Source: Octopus sinensis (lineage: Eukaryota). Taken from it: a DNA stretch of 64,000 bases. Of the stretch, positions 13,095-26,161 are shown piece after piece. Under the pieces are notes generated by a model. That model did not search any database and was not told where the DNA came from. It saw only the letters and a list, made by a program, of their open reading frames with translations. Location: the NCBI RefSeq assembly GCF_006345805.1, contig NC_042998.1, forward strand, positions 177,072,001 to 177,136,000, in the 5' to 3' direction. The position numbers and the translations under genes were made by a program. How positions within the stretch are numbered: the first letter of the stretch is position 1; every line of letters begins with the position of its first letter.

Positions 13095-13494
13095 TCTTTA
13101 TATATAAAAGAGAAGTTGTATACTGTCTGTCTCCTACGATTTAGATTCCTAACTACTCCCACATTTTGCGGTGCAGTTTAACCAAAACCGGGTATCTTAT
13201 AGTCGTGATTCATATCGAGCCCTTCTGGGTATTAGCGCGCGTCTACGATGAGTCTACGATTTAAAAAAAGATTTACCATCAATCTTTCCCATTTTTAATG
13301 CATTTTTGACATATATAAAGGAAGTAACTCTCTAAAAATTTATTATTAAATCTCAGAACGTAAAAAGCTACAGTAACACCCCCCCCCCCTTTGTGGTTAG
13401 CCATATTGAGATGGCTATTATATTTTGCATCTCTAAAAATGCTTATATAGTTATTTCCCTTACAAACCCGAGCAACGCCGGGCGATACTGCTAG
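13095..13494 (+). mobile_element. Non-autonomous Helitron copy 6 (subfamily of copy 1)
   Basis: TCTTTATATATAAAAG start and aaccaaaaccggg/cccttctgggt diagnostics shared with copy 1. Confidence 0.85.
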
Positions 13495-13780
13495 TTCTAA
13501 ATAAAATACGAGAAGTAACCGTTAATTATTGTAAAAGGCATTACCGTTTACGCAATATCATGGTATGAGACGTTTCTTGCAGTTATCGAAGTACTGAACG
13601 ACTCAAAAGGCCATCGATCCAAAATTGCTGGCGACGTTTAATTAATTCAAGTGCTGTATGTTTCGTTGTTAACACTGACTTTCATACAAGTATTAAATTA
13701 AGGTGAAAATAATATAAAATGTACACACCTCCAAACATTTGTGTGTTTATATATATGTATAGATATATTTGTGTGTGTGT

Positions 13781-13812
<32 letters not shown>

Positions 13813-13818
<6 letters not shown>

Positions 13819-13912
13819 AGAAAATGGAGGAACAGATTTCTTTCAATCATCAACTTCCAATTATATGGAAGTTGATGCTTGAAAGAAATCTATTCCTCTA
13901 TTTTCTTATTTT
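13813..13912. repeat. Foldback hairpin, 47-bp arms, 6-nt loop
   Basis: 44/47 complementary positions by manual alignment; abuts (TA)n. Confidence 0.9.
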
Positions 13913-14090
13913 GTATTATGAATTTGAGGTAAAACATTTTACCTTCGCCCATATAATACAATAAATGAATTAATTGCATTGCAACTCTTAGCATTTATGT
14001 ATTAGCCCTTTGGGTACTTTAACTGGCAGTATATTGGATAAATGATATCCATAGTGGGTTACTCTCATAACCCCTATCTCACTTTGTACT

Positions 14091-14155
<65 letters not shown>

Positions 14156-14225
14156 TCCTGGAGCTACAAACTACAGTAGCATCCACCCTTAGGGGTTAGC
14201 CATATTCAAATGGCAATATGCGTCA

Positions 14226-14269
<44 letters not shown>

Positions 14270-14417
14270 TATATATATAATATATATATATTATTGAAAA
14301 ATGGATTGGCATCATTTCTAAAAAAAGCTAAACAACTACTACTGCTGTCCACAGGAACGTATATAAAAGACAAAAGACAGCCAGTCAACTACAGTTGAAA
14401 CAATCCTGTCACAACCT

Positions 14418-14461
14418 GGGACCTTGAAGACTGCTTTAATGCAAGAAAGTATACTAGTCCC
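14418..14461 (+). ncRNA. Degenerate type I hammerhead relic
   Basis: gggac-C(T)TGAAGA-ctgc tttaat gcaa-GAAA-GTATAC-T-A-gtccc: perfect stem I, palindromic stem III, one insertion in the core. Confidence 0.5.
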
Positions 14462-14661
14462 TTCATATTTTATATTCAATATTTCATCTATTCAATAAGA
14501 CAATCAATACTTCATTTAATGTTACTGTATATACTATTTATACTATATATATTCTATATTCTACATTAATATCATAAAGAATATTATGAAACATAAAATG
14601 CAGACAGAATTGGAATTCCTTTGAATAATATAAATCCCTCTATACACAATCATACAAACCC

Positions 14662-14702
<41 letters not shown>

Positions 14703-14941
14703 TAATAATAAAATATTAGGGAATAAATCCAAACTTACAGGGAAAAATCAGATTTAGGATTGAATCCAATTTTTTAGTAAAATATTATATATTAAATTAG
14801 AGATAAAACCCCTATTAGGCAAATCAAACAATGAAAAACTTAAGCCAATACATAAAATTAATCAATTTATATTATTTTAAATATATATCAAAATTATTAA
14901 AAATTTAATAAAAGATAATGAGTATATATATATATATATAG

Positions 14942-15040
14942 TATTACATACCTCGGTTTTTTAATATGCTAGACCACTGGTGTTAAACTGATGTTATCAA
15001 ATTAATATCCAATTTTTCACCCTCATTTTAATTTTAATAT
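14942..15040 (-). mobile_element. Diverged relative of the terminus of the 534-bp array monomer
   Basis: Minus strand gagggtgaaaaattggatattaattt...ttaacaccagtggtctag aligns with aagggtgagagaattagatactaattt...tcaacaccaagtggcctag. Confidence 0.6.
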
Positions 15041-15059
15041 ATATATAATATACACACAT

Positions 15060-15108
<49 letters not shown>

Positions 15109-15399
15109 TATATATATATATATAATATATATATACATATATATACATATATATACATATATATACATGTGCGAGTATGTTCGTATGTGTGTGTCTATTT
15201 CTGTTTTGTATCTGGTTTGCAAGATTCTTTATGTGAATTCGTCTGTTGAAACAAATTTTGCTGTGTCTAGGGAGAGACATAATGCCAATATAATTAACAA
15301 ACAGAAACTGATTCAATTCCACTCATTTATTAAATATCCGATTTTTTCTGTCTTTGTCAAAGCTCTTTCGTTGCTTTTTTGGAGCCGTCTCAGTGACTA

Positions 15400-15698
15400 T
15401 CGACGTGCGTACGTACGTACTTATGCATGTATGCATGTATGTATGTATGTATGTATGTATGTATGTATGTATGTATGTATGTATGTATGTATGTATGTAT
15501 GTATGTATGTATGTACGTACGTACGTACATATGCATATTAATGTGTTTATGTATGTATGTGTGAGTGTGTGTGCGTGCTTGTGCTTGTGTATGTATGTGT
15601 ATATATGTATGTATGTATGCATGCATGCATGCCTGCGTATATCTATGTATGTATTCTGCATATTCAGGTGTTTGTGTGTATGTGTGCATGCTTGTGTA

Positions 15699-15731
<33 letters not shown>

Positions 15732-15995
15732 GTGCACGTGCTTGTGTGTGTATGTGTATGTGCGTTTGCGTAGGTACTTCTGTTTCTTTGTGTGTGTTTG
15801 AGTGTCTATGCGCATGAGTTTGTGTGAGTACGTACGTATGCCTGTTGAGTATGCATGTGTGTCTATACGTGTCTTTGTGTGTATGCGTGTGTGTGTGTGT
15901 TTGTATGGTCATGTGTTTCTGTCTTCTTATTTGTTAGTGTGTCTGTGTGCTTGTCTGTTCGTATTACCTACCTACCTACCTACCTACTTACCTAT

Positions 15996-16060
<65 letters not shown>

Positions 16061-16075
16061 TCTATCTACCTACCA
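15400..16075. repeat. Compound (TATG)n/(TG)n/(TACC)n/(TATC)n microsatellites
   Basis: Direct reading. Confidence 0.9.
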
Positions 16076-16149
16076 CCCACTTCTCTCGCTACTTACTAAT
16101 GTACCTATGCATGTATACTATTTGGGTAGTATTTCTTCTATTGAGGTAT

Positions 16150-17100
16150 CTCTGCCTTCTACGCATATTTCCTATTTAGTACGGGTAACATTTCATTTAT
16201 GAAGACATACTCTTGTATTTGTCTAATTGATGGTCTTTCGGATGCTTGGACAAAATGCGGTTGTCAACTTGGCCCAGTCTGCCGCCATGTTGTTCTTTGG
16301 CATGTTGATAGATTATGGAGGACTGGTTCTTGTCACTATATTCTTACTAGTTCACGTTCAGTCTCTCCGCTATACTCCGAGAGGTCTCCCCAATGTGTAC
16401 CGTGTTTATGTCCTTACACACTCCTTCTATGCACCTAAGGCTGTAGACTAAGTTTCTAATTTTACAATTAATACTAGGGTTAGTCATACATACTACGCCG
16501 TTCTCATTAGTACATGTAGTATCCAAAAGGTACGTACTACATAACTGTGGTCTGATGGAGCTCTTTGGCTTTACAATGATCTTAATGTTGAGTTTGGTGT
16601 CCTTCAGAACCGTCCTAAATCTACGGGCTAGTTCCCCATGGGGTATGACCTCTACAAACATTACACCCTGATATTTATCAATCCTGTACCATGTGTTCAC
16701 TCTGTTTGCTTTATCACAAACCTTCTGTATACTACTCTAGTTTTAACCTCCTTATCCAGGACGTATCTAGGTATCTATAACGGAGTGATTTGATAATCAC
16801 TGAGAAGGTTGCCAGCGTGTTGTGTTCTTCAGCAAAGCACTTCATTTCATGTTGTTCCAGGTCCCCTTTCGATCAGGAGGGATTGTTGGCCTGTTCGCCA
16901 AGCCAGTGAGGTGGCGTCATGTGAAGGCTAAAACAATGCAAAAGCGAATTGTGACCAGTGATGTGTAACCGTGATGTGTATGTATGTAGTGTTTGTTCTT
17001 TTTGTTGTATTATTATGACACAACTTTGTAGATCATGGAATTCTTTGCCTCTAATGGTCCAGTTAAATATAGTGCAATTAGTGGGATACATGACTGAGTG
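16150..17100 (-). mobile_element. Penelope-like element 3' fragment (degenerate GIY-YIG endonuclease)
   Basis: ORF 16347-16700 has NLVYSLRC...HIGETSRSIAERL; the frameshifted continuation reads RQIQEYVFINEMLPVLNRK. The left (GIY-YIG) part is well supported, the boundary near 17100 is approximate. Confidence 0.8.
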
Positions 17101-17656
17101 CAGGTCACAGTAAAGCAATCGGGGAACAATACTTCCTTAGAAAAACTCAGATTTCCCTATACTAGTGGAGGTTATCAAAATAAGAGAATCACTAATTAAT
17201 TCTTTTAATGAGTTCCACGAAACATGTCCACTCATTACTTAACTGTTGATACACATGCCGATGGCATCCCCGAATAATTAACTTGAGTGTTTTGTCTGGT
17301 ATACAGCTTGTGACACTGTCTCTTATCGGCCATCGTGACTTTCCTCTTGTCACCATAAAACTGATAGTTTTAATTACAAAGTGGAATTGGTGCTATGTAG
17401 TAAGTCTAGACCCCATAAATCTAATTGTAACACGGTTGCTTTCACACAGCTTTCTAATATGTTTCTATGAGAATAATTATCATAAAGTCTGAGAGCTAGG
17501 CTAGCTGTCGGATCAGCATGATTGATGGTCTTACTAGACATTTAGTAAACCTACCACAAACGTGTATACATGTGTGTGTGTATGTGTTTCTACCTATATG
17601 TGTGTGCGTGCGTATGCATATCTTTATGTGTGTGTATATATATATATATATACATA

Positions 17657-17689
<33 letters not shown>

Positions 17690-17869
17690 GTATATATGTG
17701 TGTATATATGTGTGTATGTGTGTATATATATATGTGTGTATGTGTGTATGTGTGTATATATATATATACACATATACATACACACGCACGCACACACGCA
17801 CATACAGAGATAAAGAGAGAGAAGGGAGAGAGAGAAGGGAGAGAGAGAAAGAGAGAGAGAGAAGCACGT

Positions 17870-18500
17870 TCAGATTTCACCCTCAGATAGTCCACTGACG
17901 CACTAATTTCTTTCAACGCCAATCTCTCCACTACCTCTCGACTCTTCCTGTCCATAAAAGTCTACCCGTTCATTGAATACACGCTATAACGTGTGTCCCA
18001 TACCTCATCAAGGGAACCTTGTTGACCCCCACCAACTACTAAGTAATCGCTCTCACTTTCAGCAACGCAAATTTAATAGAAATAGTTGTTAATAATCACC
18101 TTTTGCATAACCTTTATGTCTCTTCGGAACTAACAAACTGCATATTAGTGACAGACACGTCAAGTACATCTTATGCACTATTATCTCATCCTGTCGCCCA
18201 CCCTACTGATTCTTACCCACCATGATTTCGCAGTTTAATATTTTGTCCAATCATTCTTCCTCACGAAAGCAACACTTTGGGTTTCTGTCCCCCGCCTAGG
18301 TTTTCTCCACAAATATACGACCTCTGTGTCGAAACTAATCATCATCTGCGGTGATCTAACTTTTCGTTAGAGCAGAAGTCGTGGTAATTTGTGCAAATTA
18401 CTATATACCAAGTCTAGACCTCGTAAATCTAATTGTAACATGATTGGTTTCCAAATTTTTTTCCAAACAATTCTGTTAAGTGCATCAGTTGTATTTAGTG
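17870..18500 (-). mobile_element. Highly degenerate non-LTR retrotransposon remnant, possibly RLE clade
   Basis: Fragments such as VLDVSVT and LVVGGGQQGS resemble restriction-like endonuclease motifs; many stops. Confidence 0.3.
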
Positions 18501-18868
18501 TGATATCAAGAATATGTTGCTTGTTTGTCCCGGAGAGACGTGACTATTAACGTCTATTTCTTTTACATTGCCGGTGTTCAATGCAGATTCGGTGATAAAT
18601 ATTAAACTCGTCAATATCGTGATCCTTCTAATGCTATATATGATTTGAGAATGACGTAGTGGTTCTTTTGACTGTATATCTCAACTGAATGTTTGAGGAC
18701 CGCTCTTTCAAACAACACTTTCGCTTTCTAATAGATTATTTTGCGGGTTAAGAAGTTTTCTTACGGGTAAGCAAACAAAGGTCATATGTGTTGTTCTTTA
18801 TCCTTTCACATACACATATGTACTCTAAGACACCCTCGTCAATCTATCTATCTTTTCTCTTCTCTCCT

Positions 18869-18929
<61 letters not shown>

Positions 18930-19707
18930 GACACACTCATGTGTAACTGATAGTGAATACCATCCTCCACAATTTGCTTCTCATATGAAGTACATATGTA
19001 TTACAACAATTTCTATCAAATACACTCTCTTTCTTAGGCATAAAAATCCTCTTCCAGGTGACAATAGCTTATATATCAGATCGTTGCACAAATTTTAGCT
19101 GTTTTGAAATCGGAAAGGTTTGAAATGATTTCATCGGCATTTACTTGTACCAAAGAGCACTCTTTCGATAGACAACACGTTGATCTCGTAAGTGTCGCGT
19201 GGTGGAAATAAACACAATTACCAAACTTTCAATTCATTAATTCGTTTTTATTTATCTATTTATTATTTATTTATTATTATTTTTTTGCATTTCAATTTGT
19301 ACATCTGTACTCCTGACTGCGTACAAGCGCATATGTAAAACAACGTCCTTTATTTTTTAATCATTATCTGCTGATATCAAAATAAGTAGTATATTGAAAA
19401 GCAAAAATATCTTCGGGGGAGCGGAGAGCATTTGTGACTCCAAGGGTTAAAAGGGTGCCTTTGGCCAAAATGGGCTGAGAAGCTTTGAGAGGGTTTTGTA
19501 TCGCCGGAAATCGAGGCAGTAGCTCTATAAAGTAGCTAATCGGCTTCGCATAAGTTTTCTAGAAGATATAACTTTCTATCTTGACAATTGCATTATGATC
19601 CCTGCTATACAGAATGACGGAATTTTGCTAACTTACTTTCGCAAGAACATATTAATATATAAGTAATAAACCCCTAACTTGGTTTCCTTGATTATCACTT
19701 TTTATTA

Positions 19708-20968
19708 TCAGGTCATCCCATAAGTTCTGTCCGAATTTTGAATAAAGAAAACAAGTGATCAAATGTTATATTTAATAGAAATTTAATCACCAATGTACTA
19801 TCCCTGATTATCTATCACTTCCTTCCATCTATTCACAAGCTTTTTAATCCCATCAATGTAAAACTCTTTTGGTTTCAAAGCGAAGAACACTGAAATGTCA
19901 GTTTCGACCTCCTCCTGGCTTGCAAAAGCTATGTTCCCGAAATGATTTTGTAAACTACAAAACAAACGGTAATCTGAAGGAGCAAGGTCGGGAGAATAAG
20001 GTGGATGAGGATTTTTTCCCAACCAAGCTCTTCGATCTTCTGTGATGGGATCTCTGCAGTGTGGGGTCGCGCATTGTCCTGATGAAACATCACTCCCTTT
20101 CGATCCACTAAAGCGGGTCATTTTTCCTTCAAAGCTTGGTTCAGACGCTCTAATTGCTGACAGTAGACTTGAGCATTGATTGTGACAATTCAAAGTGAAT
20201 TACTCCTTTGCAAGTCCACCAGATAGGGAGAAAAACCTTTTTCCCATGAAGTTCCCTTCTCGGTTGTGGTTGAGATTTTTCCCTTTTACCAAGCCACTGT
20301 TACGACATTTCGATAGAAGATCCATTTATTGTCACCAGTCACAAGTCTATCCAAAAAGGGTGAAATGAGTTCGCGAGAATGGAGAGAAGAGCAGATGTCA
20401 ACTGGAGATTTGCTGTTGCTTTCGGACAATTCATGAGGCACCCATTTTCCAAGTTTAGGAACGTTCCCAAGTTGTTGAAGATGACGATGAACATTTGTAT
20501 GGTTTGAACTAAGCTTTTGGCCAATTCTTCGACTGATAATGCAGGATTTTCTTCAAGTAATGCCTCAGGGAGTTTATCATCAAACTCAACTAGACGTCCT
20601 GTTCGATCTTCATCTTCAAGGTTGAAATCTTCACTTCTGAATTTTGCAAACCATCTTCTACAAGTTCTTTCATTCAAGCATTCTTTCCCATAAACTGAGT
20701 GTTTCGAGTCGCTTCGGCGGCAGAGTTTCCTTTTTTGTACTCATAAAGCATTATGTGCCTTAAATGTTCTTTGGATACTTCCATGTTAGAAAGGGTTTTA
20801 ATCAAAGAAATTTCAATTCTATTATTCTGTGAAATAATATTTAATAAGTTTACGTGTACACAAATGCATAAAAATAATTTTGAACTCCATTAGACATTCT
20901 CAAATACTATTAAATTTCATTCAATTTTAAAAATGGTAAAATCGGACAGAACTCATGGGATGACCTGA
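19708..20968 (-). mobile_element. Near full-length mariner transposon (1261 bp) with inactivated transposase
   Basis: TA-flanked TIRs TCAGGTCATCCCAT(A/G)AGTTCTGTCCGA; minus-strand MEVSKEHLRH (ATG 20784), WVPHEL, HPPYSPDLAPSDY; frameshifts and stops. Confidence 0.95.
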
Positions 20969-21300
20969 TAAATTACTTTAGCTTAATCACCCTTCTTACA
21001 TTCGTCGTAGATAATCGGATTGCAGGCATTTTATTTGGTAAATACAGTTATACTCAGACTAGAGTATTTCATGTTCTTAAAGGTTGAACTGTTTTTTTGC
21101 CCATTTCCAAGTGCCTAGCGAATAAGTCAATATTTTTGTCATTGTATTTTATTCCTTTCTTCGCCAACTTTGTTTGTCGAATTAAATACATCTTTTGTAA
21201 ATCGTAATGCAAAATATATTCGTTTGCGAACATGGTGAGGTAAGCTTCAATATTTCCAACAAGGTCCTTTTTCGTCAAAACTCACCTCTTATGGGTGGAG

Positions 21301-21685
21301 ATGGAAGCACTCCGTCGGTTACGATGACGAGGGTTCCGGTTGATCCGAACAACGGAACAGCCTGCTCGTGAAATTAACGTGTAAGTGGCTGAGCACTCCA
21401 CAGACACGTGTACCCTTAACGTAGTTCTCGGGGATATTCAGCGTAACACAGAGAGTGACAAGGCCGGCCCTTTGAAATACAGGTACAACAGAAACAGGAA
21501 GTAAGAGTGAGAGAAAGTTGTAGTGAAAGAGTACAGCAGGGATCACCACCATCCCTGTCGGAGCCTCGTGGAGCTTTTAGGTGTTTTCGCTCAATAAACA
21601 CTCACAACGCCCGGTCTGGGAATCGAAACCGCGATCCTACGACCGCGAGTCCGCTGCCCTAACCACTGGGCCATTGCGCCTCCAC
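21301..21685 (-). mobile_element. tRNA-derived SINE family C
   Basis: Head ggcgcaatggcccagtggttagg (A box) and ggtttcgattcc (B box); near identical to 38457-38842. Confidence 0.9.
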
Positions 21686-22411
21686 TTCACCTCTTATATT
21701 ATCTATTACATTAAAGTACTAACAATACATTCTTGTAGTATAAAAAATACGTCATGCTGTTAAAAGGAGATGGTAAAAGTGTGAGTTCGAGTTCGAGAGA
21801 GGGAGAGAGAGAGAGAGTGGCAGAGAGACAGAGAGATTAAAATGAACGCTACATACATTCACACGTACACATACTCACACATATACGAACGCTATAGACA
21901 CGCACACCTAAATGTCGTTTTGGGAAAGTGAAAGAATAGGGCTGAGAGAGTGGGTGGTGGTGGTGGGGTGTCTGTGTATTTGTGCACTCAACGTTAACGT
22001 TCGTGTGTGAGTGTGTGTATGCCAGATGTGTAATATGCGCTTCTTAAATTATTTTATTACTGAAACGGAGTTTGGTGAATTAGGGAGAAAAACGATCATA
22101 AAATACAACAGCTAGAACTGAATCGAAAGAGGCAGAGAAGATACAGGGAAGGATGGACAAACATGTAAAGGGAAAAATTACAGCAAAGAGAGGATAATAA
22201 GGAACAATGAAAAGCATTAACCCAAAAAGAAAGAAAAAAAATTAACACAAGAAATGAAGCTAGAAGATGCATGATGAATGATATGTACCTGTGGAATATT
22301 CAGCCACTTAAAAACGTTATTTCACGAGGAGCTTAATCTTTAGTTATAACAAGTGCATTTTCATCATCGAATAAGGAGTTCCACCACTATATTTGTCTGT
22401 CTACCTGTCCA

Positions 22412-22800
22412 TATTCTTTTCTTTCTTTTATTCTTTTACTTGTTCCAGTCATTTGACTGCGGCCATGCTGGAGCACCACCTTCAGTCGTGCAAATCGACC
22501 CCGGGACTTATTCTTTGTAAGCCCAGTACTTATTTTATCGGTCTCTTTTGCCGAACCGCTAAGTGACGGGGCCGCAAACACACCAGCATCGGGGGACAGA
22601 CACAGACACACAAACACACACACATACACATATATACATATATACGACAGGCTTCTTTCAGTTTCCGTCTACCAAATCCACTCACAAGGCATTGGTCGGC
22701 CCGGGGTTATAGTAGAAGACACTTGCCCAAGGTGCCACGCAGTGGGACTGAACCCGGAACCATGTGGTTGGTTAGCAAGCTACTTACCACACAGCCACTC
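22412..22800 (-). mobile_element. SINE family B
   Basis: Reverse match to 9337-9749. Confidence 0.88.
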
Positions 22801-23795
22801 GTATTAATTTTTGTAAAATCGGAAAAAAAAAAAAAATGCATATAAGTAGAACACAATTATATTTTAAATATACATTTGAAATTTCACCCGCCACCATTTT
22901 GTTGAAGCATTTTTCTTTTCATTCCGTAGCTTTGATTCAACTCAAAACATTCTGAGTGAAATTCTGTAAATGGAATCTGTGAGAAGCCTTGTCAAACGGT
23001 CTGCATTTATAAATCATATAGCTAACATTCTCTTACACTGTGTCACACTGATTCTGCCTAAGTAATACGTCAGAAGAATATATGATTATAGAATAAAGAG
23101 ACTCATGCACGCAAATACAATAAATGAAATTGCTGGAACAACTGAAATTGGCATGGTCGAAACCAATAAAAGATCTATTTGTATCTGCAATGGTCGGAAT
23201 ATTCTCCTATCTAAGTTTAAACACACCTGAAGAAAGCAGATTTTGCTCAAGATGTAATCGATATAATTGATACTTTCAACAATAAAATGCTACTGAAACA
23301 GCTGTTGTGAACCTCTAAAATCCATTTGTGTTCTTATTTTATATGAAAGCCATAACTAGAACCATCTCTATGTTGGATCTATAATTTTCACGGGATAGTG
23401 AACCTACGTGTGTGCATGCGCATATATATATATATAATATAATAAATATGTATGTCGGTGTGCCAGTGTCTTAGAGTGTCACACGTTTTTAAACTTTATT
23501 CCTAGAGGCCATAGCCCAACATATACCATTTGGGAATCAGGCTGGCCCTGTGAGTAAATTAAAAACATTACGGGTCGAATCTGGACCCCCTAATCCTGAA
23601 ATTTTGAATTCCAAATTTTCATTAATGCGATTGTTTTCGGCGATTTTTATGTGGTTTTTTGCGACGGACTTTTTTTGTACGATAACAATTTTCATAACTT
23701 GAGAGTATATTTTGGGAATAACCAAAATTAATTGCGAAAACCAGCGATTATTTTCGGCGATTTTTTAATGCGATTTTTTTTTTTGCAATGAATAG

Positions 23796-23870
23796 GACCA
23801 TCATTGGGATATGACTCTGGAGGAAGCAACTGCAACAAATTCTCCAAAACAAGTCAGAGGTCTGTTTGCA
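23796..23870 (+). pseudogene. Short Helitron RepHel-like coding relic
   Basis: Translates DHHWDMTLEEATATNSPKQVRGLFA, resembling the HWD.TL.EA...SP.QLR.LFA segment of Helitron Rep/helicase. Confidence 0.5.
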
Positions 23871-23932
23871 GAACTTCCCATTCGGGGTCAGTAGCTTAAA
23901 AGATATATACTAGCTTAAAAGCCGCCCTATCG

Positions 23933-23981
<49 letters not shown>

Positions 23982-24689
23982 CCACAGAATACAACACAAT
24001 CCTCCAAACACACACGATCATAAAAAGCAAGAGACAGCCTAAATCCATGAAAAGTCTCCTAACACAAGCCCGAATTCACTCTTCAACACACAGAAGCCGA
24101 CAGTAAAAAAATGTGGAAGACCCAATTGCGGGATATGCGACTATCTAATTGAGGGATCAGAGTTCGCCTTCAAACAGGGACAACGGTTTACAGTGAAAAG
24201 CAACTTCACATGTGTTTCGGAGAACCTAATATACTCACTAACCTGCTCCGGGTGTCAAGAGCAGTACATAGGCCAAACAAAAAATAGTTTGCGTAAACGA
24301 ATGGTCCTGCACAGATCCCAGATAAAAATTCCCCAAAACAGAAAAATAGCTTTTAGCCAACACATAGATACTTGCGCCAACAAAAAAACACCAAGCTTCA
24401 GGATTTTCCCCCTCTACCAATTTAGGGACGATACAACCACGAGACAACGAATAAGTAAAGAAACTCTCTTTATTACAAAATACAGGCCACTTCTTAACGG
24501 GTCTACGACAAACAATTAATATACCTCAACTTTAGAATAAAAGAAATATTCACACACAAATATTACATTCCAAAGAATCCATTACTAATCACAGCTAAAA
24601 TCACAGCTATAATCCATAACATGCCAACCTCAAGTCATACAACACCTCACTACTTTAACCCATTCATATTCTCCCTTCTCTGTTTTTTT

Positions 24690-24910
24690 TATTCTTCTTC
24701 TTCCTTTTCTTCTTCATCATCATCATTATCATCATCATCGTCGTCATAATCATCACCACCATCATCATCATCGTCATCTTCTCCTTCTCCTTCTTCTTCT
24801 TCTTCTTCTTCTTCATCATCATCAACATCGTCATCTTCTTCTTCTTCTTCTTCTTCTTCTTCTTCTTTTCTTCTTCTTCTTCTTCTTCTACTTCTCCTTC
24901 TCCACCTTCT
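24690..24910. repeat. (TCA)n/(TTC)n trinucleotide tract
   Basis: Direct reading. Confidence 0.9.
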
Positions 24911-25253
24911 ACCCCTTAACTTTGTCACTAATTTTTTAGTATAACACCTACGCAAATTCTATAAACAAGCCTTTCAATAGAAATATTCTCCTGAATTGAA
25001 CTGCGACTGCTAGCCGCCACTGACCATTCAAAATACGACCATCAGGGCACTCCCAGATTTTCCCACCCCCTTTCCTCATCAGCCTTCTTCCTCTACTACT
25101 CTACCAAGAACTCACAACGACCTCCAACACACAAGTGCAAACAAGGGAGTCAGAGAAAGGCAGAATGCCACTTAAATCTGAACACTACTATAGAAATATT
25201 CCTTTAAAAAAACTTTTCTTCTAATTTTTCTAAATTTAATTATTTAATCGTTA

Positions 25254-25291
25254 CAGTTGAAAAGCTCTCAAAATGACCGAAACCGGTACTG
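25254..25291 (+). ncRNA. Degenerate hammerhead relic at the Penelope 3' end
   Basis: cag-TTGAAAA-gctc...gacc-GAAA-CCGG-T-A-ctg: stem I cag/ctg, palindromic ACCGGT, two core changes. Confidence 0.45.
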
Positions 25292-25340
25292 AAATGTTCA
25301 CTATAAAATTATTTTAGCATTTTCTATTTTTGACTTGTTT

Positions 25341-25377
<37 letters not shown>

Positions 25378-25379
25378 TA

Positions 25380-25520
25380 TAGTTAATCCAAACATGAACA
25401 AAGAGAAAACACAACAACGTGAGGACGTGGAACAAGTACAGTGTTATTGGACGCTCAGGAAAGGAAAGAAAGGAAGAGGATTGAACGTTTCGAGCGGAGC
25501 TCTTCGTCAGAAACATAGAA
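25380..25520 (-). mobile_element. Penelope-type terminal fragment with hammerhead core motif
   Basis: Minus strand CTGACGA-A-gagc tcc gctc-GAAACGT at 25485-25510; stem I does not pair in this copy. Confidence 0.5.
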
Positions 25521-25788
25521 AAAAACCACATAAAAACCACAGAAACATACAAAAAAAGAAAAGTCCAAGGAAGGGAAGACGGACACACACACACATACAC
25601 ATACACACATATATGGGGTGTGTATGTGTGTGTATTCGAATATATACTGCGCTGAGTTGTATATATTTGGTACGTCTACGCACATGAGAAATTCGATTCT
25701 CTCCCGGCGTTCTGATCATTAAAATGCCTAGATTCTACCGAATCCTATAACTGAGTTAATATATATATATATATAAATATATATATTA

Positions 25789-25848
<60 letters not shown>

Positions 25849-25861
25849 GTATTAAGATACA

Positions 25862-26075
25862 TCTTACAGATCCTCTGGGATGCATCGTCTGTGGAGCTAC
25901 TGGAGTTCTCGGAGTAGTTCATATCTTTCAACATCTCACCCAGTTGACCCAGCCAGGGTTGATCAACTTCCAAATTACATCCCTATCACGGCAGGCCAAT
26001 GATCTGCCTTCTTTATACAAAGCCTCCTTGTGGACTTTTCTGCAGCTTCAGCCCTCCTCTTTGCTGCACCAATAA
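25862..26075 (-). mobile_element. 3' end of an RLE LINE, HERO-like
   Basis: Ends RAEAAEKSTRRLCIKK..W then tgatcaaccctggctgggtcaactgggtgag, which I recall as HERO-like C-terminus and 3' UTR. Confidence 0.5.
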
Positions 26076-26128
26076 TATATTTCACACACACACACATACA
26101 CACTCACACATACATACATACATACACA

Positions 26129-26161
<33 letters not shown>

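Larger units (their letters stand above)
23977..25345 (+). mobile_element. 5'-truncated Penelope-like element (zinc-knuckle linker, GIY-YIG, 3' region) between (TA)n tracts
   Basis: KCGRPNCGICD linker, then NLIYSLTCSGCQEQYIGQT...KETLFITKYRPLLN (to 24519); hammerhead-like relic at the 3' end. Confidence 0.88.

Noticed and set aside
21069-21278. 69-aa minus-strand ORF in unique sequence
   Set aside because: No recognisable homology and no convincing splice sites.
21610-21685. tRNA gene (also other SINE heads)
   Set aside because: A and B boxes are present but there is no proper acceptor stem, and the sequence continues into a SINE body.
24689-24955. Acidic D/E-rich ORF
   Set aside because: Trinucleotide repeats inside the 3' region of a Penelope fragment.
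25655-25725. Further hammerhead-like end (gtagacgtaccaaat, minus strand)
   Set aside because: No CUGANGA box identifiable.
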